Origin: Psilocybe cubensis
Lineage: Eukaryota
DNA: 64,000 nt
Direction of reading: 5' to 3'
Assembly (NCBI GenBank): GCA_017499595.2
Contig: CM039010.1
Coordinates: 868,001-932,000 of the forward strand
This document shows, piece after piece, positions 22,514-35,412 of the stretch. The notes beneath the pieces are model-generated. The model was not told where the DNA came from and searched no databases. It saw nothing but the letters and a program-made list of their open reading frames with translations. Position numbers and translations under genes: made by a program. Position 1 is the first letter of the stretch, and each line of letters starts with the position of its first letter.

Positions 22514-24897
22514 CTAAGTAAAATTTTGTAGATGTTTTCCTTCGAAGGTGTCCCACCAGGTGGACGAGAATGGCAATCCTGCAGAAAAGGCATCGTACTT
22601 AATATAATTTCTACTATGCTGTCGGTCTGCACACAGTCGTCTCTCCAGAACAGAATCAATAATCCCTATATCGATGGTGCGTTTCTTATATTGCAGTATA
22701 GTTTCACGAAGGGAATTAAATGTTTCATCCTTGGAGAGAGGGCCAATGAGCTGTTGAGTATAGCAGACGGTGAGATAGAACAGCAAGCTTGGCTTAGCTT
22801 GATCATCACCCCACGCAGTGACCTCTGTGTCTAACTTCAAGCGAATATAAGAAAATGTGTCGTGAATCATTTCCTTTGTCGCAAGAAAGACTGCCGAAGA
22901 TTCAGAGCTATGGATGGATGGTGAAAGTGTTCGTGAGGTGATATATCCAGATACTTCCAGGTAAAATGGGAGTCCAACTTCCTGTGCAAACGGGGTGTGA
23001 ACCAAAGAATGAGGGTGAAAGTCTTCGCAAATCTGTTTGAAGATGCACAAAGTGAGGTTCGAAAATTGCCAAGAGAGAGCTTCGAATGTGTCTTTGTCAC
23101 GAAAGTCGCGATCCCTGTCAGCCAAGGAAGAGTAAAACACAAAGTTTTGAAACGAGACACATGCGGGAATCCGGATTTTTGTGTGTGATAAATGAAGTTT
23201 GTGCGGTTTTTGATAAAAATAACCAAAGAGTCTTAGAGCGAGCTCTTTTTGATGACGAACGAGCATGCCGCCGTTCCAATGTGTAAAGGATGCTAAATTT
23301 TGTTGATGAAGTATGCAAGTTAAGACATTTGCAGGCAACAATTCCCCCATCTCAATGTCCCTGAACCAACTGGTGGTGTCAAAGAAACTTGTCACGGAGA
23401 CGTTGTCAGGTTCAACCGCTAGCAAGCTGTATAGATAGTCGTTTTCTCGAAGTCCTTCCTGGGGCAAAATCTGGTCAGGGTCCGTCAAATGAAGAAGTAC
23501 AGCTTGCGAAACTTCGGATATACAGTGATACGCCGCATTAGCGACATTATTCTGCCATTTTTGAGAGTTTAGACCGAAAACAATGTCAAAAAGCGGTAAT
23601 AATTCGTCGTGTCCAAATCCAAAGTCATAGGGATTCCCATAGTCCTTGGACCAGTCTCCGAAGGAACGTCGCATGTACATATCGCGAAGTATCACCCAAT
23701 CTTGATCAAACATGTCCCAATTTCCACAACATGCGGCAAGAGACACCTGAGAACGGAATCGAGAGGGCACTGTAAATCTAGAAATCATTTCCGAAATAAA
23801 ATATGCACGAGGAAGACGTGAGATTAGTGATTGGATAGTGAAAAGTGTCGATGATCGGGTCAGATAGAACTGTATACTAAGTAGAGGTGCACAAAGTCTC
23901 CGGACGGCATGTGATTGTGGTGATTTGAACGGACACTGACTAGGCGGATGGGGCCAATTGGATGGGGTGATAAAAAGTGCCATTGTTTGTAGAGTTGGAA
24001 GGATCGTTGTTGTAACGAGGAATAGCAATGATAATCCAATTACGGCGGCCACAGGGATGACCACTGACCAGCGTTCGCTGAAAGCATGAAGAAAGTCAAT
24101 GAGCCCCCCGAGAAAGAGAACCAAAGCAGTTTGTAGGAGAAGTGGCATCACTGTAAATATCCTGTCCACCCGCCATTTCTCGAGCCCATGCTTCCTCATG
24201 TAGAATATTGCGTATTTTTCACGCTGGTCGGAGATGTCTGAGTAGGACTGGTGCTCCCTTAGCCATTGTAAAGAGATAGTGCCCACAAGCACCGTTGTCA
24301 GGCTAAGGACGAGGCTGATGAACCAGAAAACATTGACCCGGATCGTCGACGCAGAAGGCACAAAGGGGTCATTTGAAGACAGGGAAGTGCTAGTGATGAC
24401 GCCGGTGTCATTGTCAAGCCGGGCAGCAATATGGGCAAGCAATGTAATCATAGCACCGCTCGGGTCGGGCTGAAGATCTTTATAGGATTCCACAAGGAAT
24501 GTTGTGACCACAGCCGAGAACAAACCAGCCTTAAAAAAATTCATAGTCATCTATACCATACTCGAAAGATACACAATGCCAACTCACAAAGATGAGCAAA
24601 TTCTGAACCTCATCCTTCCATGCATCACAACGCAGCTTGTCGTCCTTCAGCAGAGGTTCAAGGAGAATTGTCCATGGATCACCGTCTGGTTTTGGAGGCG
24701 CATATTGGAATGGGTCCTCTATGCTCCACATTTTGGGAAGGTCCGAGTTGGTTTCTTGCGGCATGTTCTGAAGAAAGGTACACGTCTGCGTAGCAAGAAC
24801 GAAAAGACAAATATCTCACATTAAGATCATGACGTACTGGTTGTTCATTGGTGCCATTGCGGTCTTGGGGACAGGAGGAATCATCATCGGAAGGCAT
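22514..24897 (-). CDS. DUF6535-domain membrane protein, copy 1 (exons 24897-24820, 24767-24588, 24529-22514)
   Basis: Family-typical CDAWKDEVQNLLIF|AGLFSAVVTTFLVESYKDLQPDP and RVNVFWFISLVLSLTTVLVGTISLQWLREH, hydrophobic helices, then PSQCPFKSPQS. Confidence 0.85.
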
Positions 24898-25255
24898 TGT
24901 GAGTCGTGACGAATGGTTCAAAAAAAAGGAAAAACCGACTGGAAGTTCAGTCGGCGTTAACTGTGGGTCGGAGTTACCTCGGAAGATTAGCACACTGCCT
25001 CCCTGCCATCATGTACTTGGGCTGGGGATTTAACAGAGAAGTCCTGCATCTCCAACTTTTGAACCGTGTTTAATAGCAGACATTGCAAATACCAAGAAGA
25101 ACTGAGTCTCCTGCTGTCGTAAATGAACAGCTCTCATGTCCGTCGCATAGATCGCACTTCTAATCTAAATTCTAATGTGGGCCAGTCACAGTGCGCCTAC
25201 GGGAACTTGCCATTTGAAAACTGAAAATTCGATACCAAGTTTCGTTAATTGACTG

Positions 25256-27764
25256 TTAATCGACAACATTTATTTGTTGGCAATCATCAAATAAAACAGG
25301 GGGTTCTGGACTATAATTGAAACCTTCTGGAGTTTTTCCTTTAAAAGTGTCCCACCAACTGGATGAAAATGGGACGCATATATACTCGTCATCGTACGGA
25401 ATATGGTTGTCGCTGGCATGCTGTCGGCCAGACAGTCGTCTCTCCAAAATGGAATCAATAAGACCTACATCGATGGTGTGTTCCTTATACTGGAGGATGG
25501 TGCCACGATGGGAGATAAAGTTTTCGTCTTTGGAGAGAGGGCCAACTAGCTGTTGGGTATAGCAGGCAGCCAGGTAGAAAAACAAGCTTGGCTTTGGTTG
25601 GGAATCCTTCCAGGACGAGATCTCCATGTCTAAAATTGAAGAAATATAGGTAAATAGGTCACGAAATGTCTGCTTTGTGGCGAGAGAAACTGCCGAGGAT
25701 TCACTTTCATTGTCGATGGAGAAGGAGATGGATGGCGAAAATGTCCGAGCGGTGATATATGCAGCTACTTCAAAATAAAGCGGAAGCCCAAGTTCCTGTG
25801 AAAATGAGTTGTGGACCAAAGAATGAGGATGGAAATCTTCGCAAGCCTGTCTGAAGATGGAAAAGGTGAGGTTGGCAAATTGCCAAGCGAAGGCTTCAAA
25901 GGTGTCCTTGTCACAAAAGTCGTTATCTCGGTCTGCCACGAGATGGTACGATGAGACATTGAAGAAGGATACACTCAAGGGAACTTGAAAGACGTAGTAG
26001 AATGAGAAATTTCTGAAGGAGACGGATACGGGAACCTGACGTTTTGTATGTGATAGTTGTAGTTTGTGCGGTTTCTGATAAAAATAACTAAAAAGACGCA
26101 AGGCGAGCTCTTTTTGATGACGTTGGAAAATACTGCCGCTCCATTCCGTGAATGCTGCTAGGTTTTGTTGATGAAGTATACAAGTTAAGGCCTTTGCGGA
26201 TGACAATTCCCCCTTTCCAACATGGTCAAAGACAGAATCGGTGTCGAAGAAACTTGTTATGGAGACCCTGTCGTGTCCAATAGATGACAAGTTGTACAGG
26301 TAGTTGTTCTCACAGAGGCGGGCCCGAGAAGACAACCGGAGAGTGTTCGTCAGTGGTAGAAGTGCATGTTGCGAAACCTCTGACATACAGTGATAGGCGG
26401 CATCAACAACATCTTCACGCCAGTGCTGATATTTAAGACCGTGGACAATATCAAAAAGTGGCAATCGCTCGTCGCGGCCAAAACCCATGGTATCCATAAA
26501 CCAATAGTATTCTTTGAACCGATTTTCCAAAGAACGCCGCATGTACAAATCACGAATTATCACCCAATCCTTATCGAACATGACCCAAGTTCGACACCAT
26601 GCGGTATAGGTCACTTGAGTCTGGAATTTGGAGGCCATTGTGTAGCTAGAAATCATTTCCGAACTCAAAGATATACGATGAAGACGAGAGATCAGTGATC
26701 GAATAGGGACAAGTACAGATGATTGCCTCAAATAGGACGGTATCTTGAGTAGAGGCGCGCAGATCCGCCGCACGGCATGAGATTGTGGCGATTTAAAGGG
26801 GCACTGACTAGGCGGGTGGAGCGATGTGGACGGGATGATAAAAAGTGCCATTGTCTGTAGAGTCGGGAGGATCGTCGTTGTAACGAGGAATAGCAAAGAT
26901 AATCCAATCACGGCGGCAACAGGAATGACCACCGACCAGCGTTGACTGAAAGCATGCAGAAAGTCTATCAGCCCTCCGAGAAAGAGAACCAAAGCAGACT
27001 GTAGGAGAAGGGGCATCACTGTAAATATCCTGTCCACCCGCCATTTCTCTAGCCCCTCCTTCCTCATGTGAAATATCGCATACTTTTCGCGCGGGTCGGA
27101 GACGTTTGAGTAGGACCGGTGCTCCCTTAGCCATTGTAAAGATATGGTGCCCACGAGCACCGTCGTGAGGCTAAGCACGAGGCTGATGAACCAGAAAACG
27201 TTGACCCGAATTGTCGATGTAGCAGGCACAAAGGTGTTGTCCGAAAAGATGGAAGTACTAGTGATGATGCTGGTGTCATTGTCAAGCCGGGCAGCGATGT
27301 GTGCAAGCAAAGCAATCATAGTATCATTTGGGTCTGCCTGAAGGTCCTTATAGGATTCCACAAGAAAAGTCGTGACCACGGCAGAGAACAGACCAGCCTT
27401 AAAACAACAGTTCTTGACATCTATACCATACTCGAAATATAATGCTAACTTACAAAAATGAGCAAATTCTGAACCTCGTCTTTCCATGCATCACAACGGA
27501 GCTTGTCACTCTTCAGCAGAGGTTCAAGGAGAATTGACCATGGATCACCGTCTGGTTTTGGAGGCGCATATTGGAATGGGTCCTCTATGTTCCACATTTT
27601 GGGAAGGTCCGAGTTGGTTTCTTCCGGCATGTTCTGAAGAAAGGTACACGTCTGCGTTGAGAACGAAAAGACAGAGATCTCACATGAAGATCATGACGTT
27701 CTGGTTGTTGATTGGTGCTATTGCGGTCTTGGGAGAAGGAGGAATCATCAACGGATGGCATCAT
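25256..27764 (-). CDS. DUF6535-domain membrane protein, copy 2
   Basis: Same three-exon structure and motifs as copy 1; starts MMPSVDDSSFSQD. Confidence 0.85.
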
Positions 27765-28116
27765 GAGTCGTGAGGAATGGTTCACAAAAAAAGAACCAAC
27801 TGGAAGTTCAGTCGGCGTTAACTGTGGGTCGGAGTTACCTCGGAAGATTAGCACACTGCCTCCCTGCCATCATGTACTTGGGCTGGGGATTTAACAGAGA
27901 AGTCCTGCATCTCCAACTTTTGAACCGTGTTTAATAGCAGACATTGCAAATACCAAGAAGAACTGAGTCTCCTGCTGTCGTAAATGAACAGCTCTCATGT
28001 CCGTCGCATAGATCGCACTTCTAATCTAAATTCTAATGTGGGCCAGTCACAGTGCGCCTACGGGAACTTGCCATTTGAAAACTGAAAATTCGATACCAAG
28101 TTTCGTTAATTGACTG

Positions 28117-30625
28117 TTAATCGACAACATTTATTTGTTGGCAATCATCAAATAAAACAGGGGGTTCTGGACTATAATTGAAACCTTCTGGAGTTTTTCC
28201 TTTAAAAGTGTCCCACCAACTGGATGAAAATGGGACGCATATATACTCGTCATCGTACGGAATATGGTTGTCGCTGGCATGCTGTCGGCCAGACAGTCGT
28301 CTCTCCAAAATGGAATCAATAAGACCTACATCGATGGTGTGTTCCTTATACTGGAGGATGGTGCCACGATGGGAGATAAAGTTTTCGTCTTTGGAGAGAG
28401 GGCCAACTAGCTGTTGGGTATAGCAGGCAGCCAGGTAGAAAAACAAGCTTGGCTTTGGTTGGGAATCCTTCCAGGACGAGATCTCCATGTCTAAAATTGA
28501 AGAAATATAGGTAAATAGGTCACGAAATGTCTGCTTTGTGGCGAGAGAAACTGCCGAGGATTCACTTTCATTGTCGATGGAGAAGGAGATGGATGGCGAA
28601 AATGTCCGAGCGGTGATATATGCAGCTACTTCAAAATAAAGCGGAAGCCCAAGTTCCTGTGAAAATGAGTTGTGGACCAAAGAATGAGGATGGAAATCTT
28701 CGCAAGCCTGTCTGAAGATGGAAAAGGTGAGGTTGGCAAATTGCCAAGCGAAGGCTTCAAAGGTGTCCTTGTCACAAAAGTCGTTATCTCGGTCTGCCAC
28801 GAGATGGTACGATGAGACATTGAAGAAGGATACACTCAAGGGAACTTGAAAGACGTAGTAGAATGAGAAATTTCTGAAGGAGACGGATACGGGAACCTGA
28901 CGTTTTGTATGTGATAGTTGTAGTTTGTGCGGTTTCTGATAAAAATAACTAAAAAGACGCAAGGCGAGCTCTTTTTGATGACGTTGGAAAATACTGCCGC
29001 TCCATTCCGTGAATGCTGCTAGGTTTTGTTGATGAAGTATACAAGTTAAGGCCTTTGCGGATGACAATTCCCCCTTTCCAACATGGTCAAAGACAGAATC
29101 GGTGTCGAAGAAACTTGTTATGGAGACCCTGTCGTGTCCAATAGATGACAAGTTGTACAGGTAGTTGTTCTCACAGAGGCGGGCCCGAGAAGACAACCGG
29201 AGAGTGTTCGTCAGTGGTAGAAGTGCATGTTGCGAAACCTCTGACATACAGTGATAGGCGGCATCAACAACATCTTCACGCCAGTGCTGATATTTAAGAC
29301 CGTGGACAATATCAAAAAGTGGCAATCGCTCGTCGCGGCCAAAACCCATGGTATCCATAAACCAATAGTATTCTTTGAACCGATTTTCCAAAGAACGCCG
29401 CATGTACAAATCACGAATTATCACCCAATCCTTATCGAACATGACCCAAGTTCGACACCATGCGGTATAGGTCACTTGAGTCTGGAATTTGGAGGCCATT
29501 GTGTAGCTAGAAATCATTTCCGAACTCAAAGATATACGATGAAGACGAGAGATCAGTGATCGAATAGGGACAAGTACAGATGATTGCCTCAAATAGGACG
29601 GTATCTTGAGTAGAGGCGCGCAGATCCGCCGCACGGCATGAGATTGTGGCGATTTAAAGGGGCACTGACTAGGCGGGTGGAGCGATGTGGACGGGATGAT
29701 AAAAAGTGCCATTGTCTGTAGAGTCGGGAGGATCGTCGTTGTAACGAGGAATAGCAAAGATAATCCAATCACGGCGGCAACAGGAATGACCACCGACCAG
29801 CGTTGACTGAAAGCATGCAGAAAGTCTATCAGCCCTCCGAGAAAGAGAACCAAAGCAGACTGTAGGAGAAGGGGCATCACTGTAAATATCCTGTCCACCC
29901 GCCATTTCTCTAGCCCCTCCTTCCTCATGTGAAATATCGCATACTTTTCGCGCGGGTCGGAGACGTTTGAGTAGGACCGGTGCTCCCTTAGCCATTGTAA
30001 AGATATGGTGCCCACGAGCACCGTCGTGAGGCTAAGCACGAGGCTGATGAACCAGAAAACGTTGACCCGAATTGTCGATGTAGCAGGCACAAAGGTGTTG
30101 TCCGAAAAGATGGAAGTACTAGTGATGATGCTGGTGTCATTGTCAAGCCGGGCAGCGATGTGTGCAAGCAAAGCAATCATAGTATCATTTGGGTCTGCCT
30201 GAAGGTCCTTATAGGATTCCACAAGAAAAGTCGTGACCACGGCAGAGAACAGACCAGCCTTAAAACAACAGTTCTTGACATCTATACCATACTCGAAATA
30301 TAATGCTAACTTACAAAAATGAGCAAATTCTGAACCTCGTCTTTCCATGCATCACAACGGAGCTTGTCACTCTTCAGCAGAGGTTCAAGGAGAATTGACC
30401 ATGGATCACCGTCTGGTTTTGGAGGCGCATATTGGAATGGGTCCTCTATGTTCCACATTTTGGGAAGGTCCGAGTTGGTTTCTTCCGGCATGTTCTGAAG
30501 AAAGGTACACGTCTGCGTTGAGAACGAAAAGACAGAGATCTCACATGAAGATCATGACGTTCTGGTTGTTGATTGGTGCTATTGCGGTCTTGGGAGAAGG
30601 AGGAATCATCAACGGATGGCATCAT
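28117..30625 (-). CDS. DUF6535-domain membrane protein, copy 3 (same translation as copy 2)
   Basis: Translation identical to copy 2. Confidence 0.85.
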
Positions 30626-31153
30626 GAGTCGTGAGGAATGGTTCACAAAAAAAGAACCAACTGGAAGTTCAGTCGGCGTTAACTGTGGGTCGGAGTTACC
30701 TCGGAAGATTAGCACACTGGCCTCTGCCATCATGTACTTGGGCTGGGGATTTAACAAAGAAGTCTGCTATGGGTCATGTTCAAATTTTGAGAGAAAGTAG
30801 CTACCAATTGTCAAGTTCGCAAGAGGAAGGGTCGGATGTGATGATTATTTACAATAAGATTGACAGGGCTTAACTTAGAGCGGAGGAATAGCAAAGGTAT
30901 AAAGTAGATAAGTAACAGCATAATGAGTCACAGCGAGACGTGGGCAACTGATAAAACAACCAAAGAATTTAGACAAAAGCCCCCCAAAAGCAAGAAAATA
31001 GCTGCAGAGATAGCACCAATATAAAGAGCTGAGAGTAGAGATAGGTTGAACAGACGCCTACTTGAAGCCACATCCAACATACCGAGCCGATAGAAATACA
31101 GATGGAAAGGCTTGCAAACTGGAGTACAATCAATGACGAGTTCCGCAAATTTG

Positions 31154-33633
31154 CTATTTGGAAACATCTGCTGGCTGCGAATCTTCTTCAACATAGGGCG
31201 TTGGATTATAAATTAGATCTTCTGAGTGCTTTCCTTCAAAGGTGCGCCACCACAAGGATGAAAATGGTAAGCCTGGACAGGAATAATACGCCCCGAAACG
31301 GTCGCTAGTAGCTCCTTGATCTACGGACAGTCGTCTCTCTAGAACAGCATCGATTATCCCTATGTCTATAGTGCATTTTTTATATTGCAAGACGGTATCA
31401 CGAAGGGAGGCAAACGTTTCCTCTTTGGCCAGGGGGTCAATAAGCTGAAGAATATAGCAGACCGTCACGTAGAAAAGCAAGCTGGGCTTCGCCTGGTTGT
31501 CCTTCCACGTAGACATTTCCATTTCTAATTTAGACCGAATATAAGAAAATGTGTTGCGAATCATTTCCTTCATGGCGAGGACTACCGCCGACGGTTCATT
31601 TTGACAGTTGATGGAGAAAGATATGGATGGTGAAAGTGTTCGAGACGCCATGTATCCAGCTACGTCCAGGAAAAACCAAAGCCCATGCTCCTGTGCAAGC
31701 GAGTTGTGAACCAAAGAATGAGGGTCAAAGTCTTTGCAGGCTTCTTTGAAGATGGCGAATGTGAGGTTGGCAAATTGCCAAGAAAGAGCTTCAAAAGTGT
31801 CTTTATCACGCATGTCCTGATCCCGGTCCGCTATCAGATGGTAATATGAAAAATGTTGGAAGGAGATGCATTTGGGAGCTTTAAGCTTGGTGTCTGTTAG
31901 TCGTAGTTTGTGTGGTTTCTGATAGAAATAGCCAAAAAGTCGCAAGGCGAGCTCCTTTTGATGGCGCTGGAGCACACCACTGCTCCAATCAGTAAAGATT
32001 GCCAGGTTCTGCTGGTGCAGTGCACAAGATAAGGCTTTTGCGGACGACAGTTCCCCCTTTTCAACATCGCTGAAGCACGCATCGGTGTCAAAGAACCTTG
32101 TTACAGAGACGCCGCCTCGCCTAGATAAAATGTTGTATAGGTAGTCGTTCTGACGAAGGCGTTCCCGGGGTGAATATCGGCTAGTGTCCGTCAAAAGCGA
32201 AAGCACACGTTGCGAAATGTCGGAGAAACAATGATATACCACATCAGAGACATTTCCTTGCCACTTCTGACGGTTAAGCCCAACAACAATATCGAAAAGT
32301 GGTAATTGTTCATCGAGTTCCCAGCCGATTATATCGAAATGTCCAAAGTCTTTGTTCCAATTTCCCAAAGAGTGCCGCATGTACATATCACGAATTAGAA
32401 CCCATTTCTCGTCAAATCCCGACCAACTACGACTCCATGAGGAATAAGTCACTTGAGAACGGAACTTGGAAGGAAATGAAAATCTGTGCTTCACCGCCGA
32501 ACCAAACAATATACGACAGAGACGTGAGATCATTGATGGAATAGAGGATAACCTCCATAAACGCTTTAGATGGAAGTGTATGTCGTATAAGTATACGCAG
32601 ATGCGCCGTACAGCATGCGATTGTGGTGATTTATAAGGGCACTGACTAGGGGGATCAGGCCACGAAGTCGGGATGACAAAAAGCGACATTGTCTGTAGAG
32701 CCGGGAGTATTGTCGTTACAACGAGGAATAGCAATGATATTCCAATCACAGCGGCCACAGGGATGACAACGGACCAACGTTCGCTGAAAGCGTGCAAGAA
32801 GTCTATGAGACCCCCAAGAAAAAGAACCAAAGCGGATTGCAGGAGAAGGGGCATTGCTGTAAACACCCTATCCACTCGCCATCTGTCTAGCCCATCCTTC
32901 CTCATGTGGAATATCGCGTACATCTCGCGCGGGTTGGAAAGATTCGAGTAAGATTGGTATTCCCTTAGCCATTGTAAAGAGATGATTCCTACGAGCACCG
33001 TCGTCAGGCTAAGGACAAGGCTGATGAACCAGAAAACGTTGACCCGAACTGTCGACGCAGCGGGTACAAAGGGGTCGTTCGAAGAGAGGGAAGTTTTAGT
33101 GATGACGGTGTCATTATCAAGCCGAGCTGCGATGTGTGCAAGCAAAGTGATCACAGTATCGTTAGGGTCGGGCTGAAGATCTTTATAGGATTCCACAAGG
33201 AAAGTGGTAACCACAGCAGAGAAGAGACCAGCCTTGTGAAGAGAATAAAATTTCTTCATCGATACACGCTTGGAAGACAATGCCAACTCACAAAGATGAG
33301 CAAATTCTGAACCTCGTCTTTCCATGCATCACAACGTAGCTTTTCGTTCTTTAGCAAAGGTTCAAGAAGAAGTGACCATGGTTCTCCGTCTCGTTTTGGA
33401 GGTGCGTATTGAAATGGATCTTCTATGCTCCATACTTTGGGAAGTGCCGGATTCGCTTCTTCCGGTACTTTCTGCAATGAAGAAAAGGCGCATGTAGTAG
33501 GTGAGTTTGTGGATAACCTGATTGAAATTTGGCACTGAAAAGAGTGGTAGCTTACATCAAGATTATCCGGTAGTTCACTACTACCACTGTGGTCTTGTGT
33601 ACAGGCGGTATTATCGACGGATGTCATAGACAT
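31154..33633 (-). CDS. DUF6535-domain membrane protein, copy 4
   Basis: MSMTSVDNTACTQD start, same intron positions, CDAWKDEVQNLLIF|AGLFSAVVTTFLVESY. Confidence 0.85.
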
Positions 33634-33906
33634 AGATTGTCACTCCAATTAAACATGCTGGGGCACCAATAACCGGCTTGCCTCGGCGTTAATTGTGGGT
33701 CGGAATGATCCCGGAAGATACATATATCTCTTAGTTGATACAGTGCAGGTAATATACGACAATGTTAGTGAACAGGTTTGTGCAATTATAGGGAACAATA
33801 ATAAAAAAAAAGTGGGCATGAATTGCAGTTGGGAGTTGCAATATCGATGTATATATGCACCTCTCCGTAGTCGAAGGTATGCAATCAACATAAGTCCAAT
33901 CCGAAG

Positions 33907-35412
33907 TCAATCGCCGTCAATCATCAGTCCAAACTTCTTCAGCTTCTCAAAATACTTTTGCACACGGCTTGCGACCTGTCTCGGTGTCCTCCTGCCACCC
34001 ATTGCGCGTGAAATCTTCTGCCACCTTTGAATATCAACCAAGAGTCAACGCCAAGTTCGCGAGAAGAAGAAAAAGGACAATGCCCACCGGAACTTTTCTC
34101 CCTCGGGTATTTGCTCCAATAATTGCTCAAGTAAATTCTGCTCGGATTCGGACCAGGCTTGCTTGTACGTCTCTGGTTTGGGCTTTCCATTTCCTCGTGC
34201 TTTACTTTTCGTTTTTATTTCCTCTGCAGGATCGGCGCCATAGTAATCATCGTCCTCACTTCCATCTTCGAAATCGTTCTTCTTCCTTTTGGTTTTAGCC
34301 AACGCTTTTGGTTTGGTCTTTTTCCGAGGGGCAGGAGGGTTGTCGGGTAGGGGCGCGAAAGGAGATATGTCATCGTCATCATCATCATCGTCGAAAACGG
34401 GTGGAGGAGGGAGGTTCTTCTTTCCACCACGGTGGACTCGGGTGCTGGCTGACGAAGACGACACTTTTTTGATCTTGGGTGGAATAGGAAGCTGCTTGCC
34501 CATCGGCGGCGGTAGCGGGACCTCTCCATCACTCGCATCCATCTCCACGTCAAATTGCGGCGTCGCCGTGATGGTTCCCTTTTCTCCATCGTCGTCGTCA
34601 ATGGACACGTCCAGAGCCATTGCCTCCTCCGCAACGTCCTCTCGAATAAACACTCCCATCGAGCCTGCCTTGCTTGACAGTGGCATACGCAGCGCACACC
34701 CACCGCGGATCTTTCTTTGTTTCAACTCGCGAATTTTCTGCTGCTCGAGCCGCCGCTGACGTTCAATGGGATCAAGTTCCTCTTCGCTGCTGCTTTCAGG
34801 CTCGGGAGACATAGCGGCGAAGCGAGCTAGGATGGGGTCGAGAATGGTGCGCCGGGAGCGCTTGACGAAGCGTTGGAGGTCTGAAAGTGAAGAGGGACGT
34901 TGAGTCTGCGAGGGCTGGGCACGTGAAGCTATCTCGTCGCGCTTGCACTGTGCCAGGGTGCGCAGGGGACCAGTGTCTGTAGGTTGAGTTCGGTCGGTTG
35001 ATCGTTCGATGAAATTTTGAAGGATTGCGAGGAATGGAAACGTACCAGACTTTTCAAATACTGCCCAGTCGATGTCTTTTGGCAGGGTGAGCCTGCAGCT
35101 GGCCTGTTCACTCAGCCTAAATGCATTGTCGTCGAGCTACCAGAAAAATGATTTTAAGTAACGATACGATCTACGGACAGTAGTGGGCGCACTTCGTTGC
35201 TGAGATTAGAAAGGAAGTGAGAAGGCCTTTGGACTATATCGACTTTGAGCCGTTGGAGTCTCTCTATATCTGCTCGTTGTTGAGCAAGCAACGTCCTCTG
35301 GGTACTAATAAACACTTCTAGTGCCTGCAATCTGCATTCAAACGATAAGCATGGGTAATGTACGATGACCAGTGGGTGCTACGCACGTCTGCGCGTGATT
35401 CTGTTCGTCCAT
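33907..35412 (-). CDS. Myb/SANT-domain nuclear protein (ZZZ3-like Myb domain), multi-exon
   Basis: C-terminal PETYKQAWSESEQNLLEQLLEQIPEGEKFR|WQKISRAMGGRRTPRQVASRVQKYFEKLKKFGL; N-terminal coiled-coil-like exon; acidic/Pro-rich middle. Confidence 0.8.

Larger units (their letters stand above)
24938..30719. repeat. Apparently identical tandem duplication, period 2861 bp
   Basis: ORFs 25256-27487 and 28117-30348 translate identically with offset 2861. Identity starts at 24938/27799 and ends at 27858/30719 (checked by eye). Confidence 0.95.
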
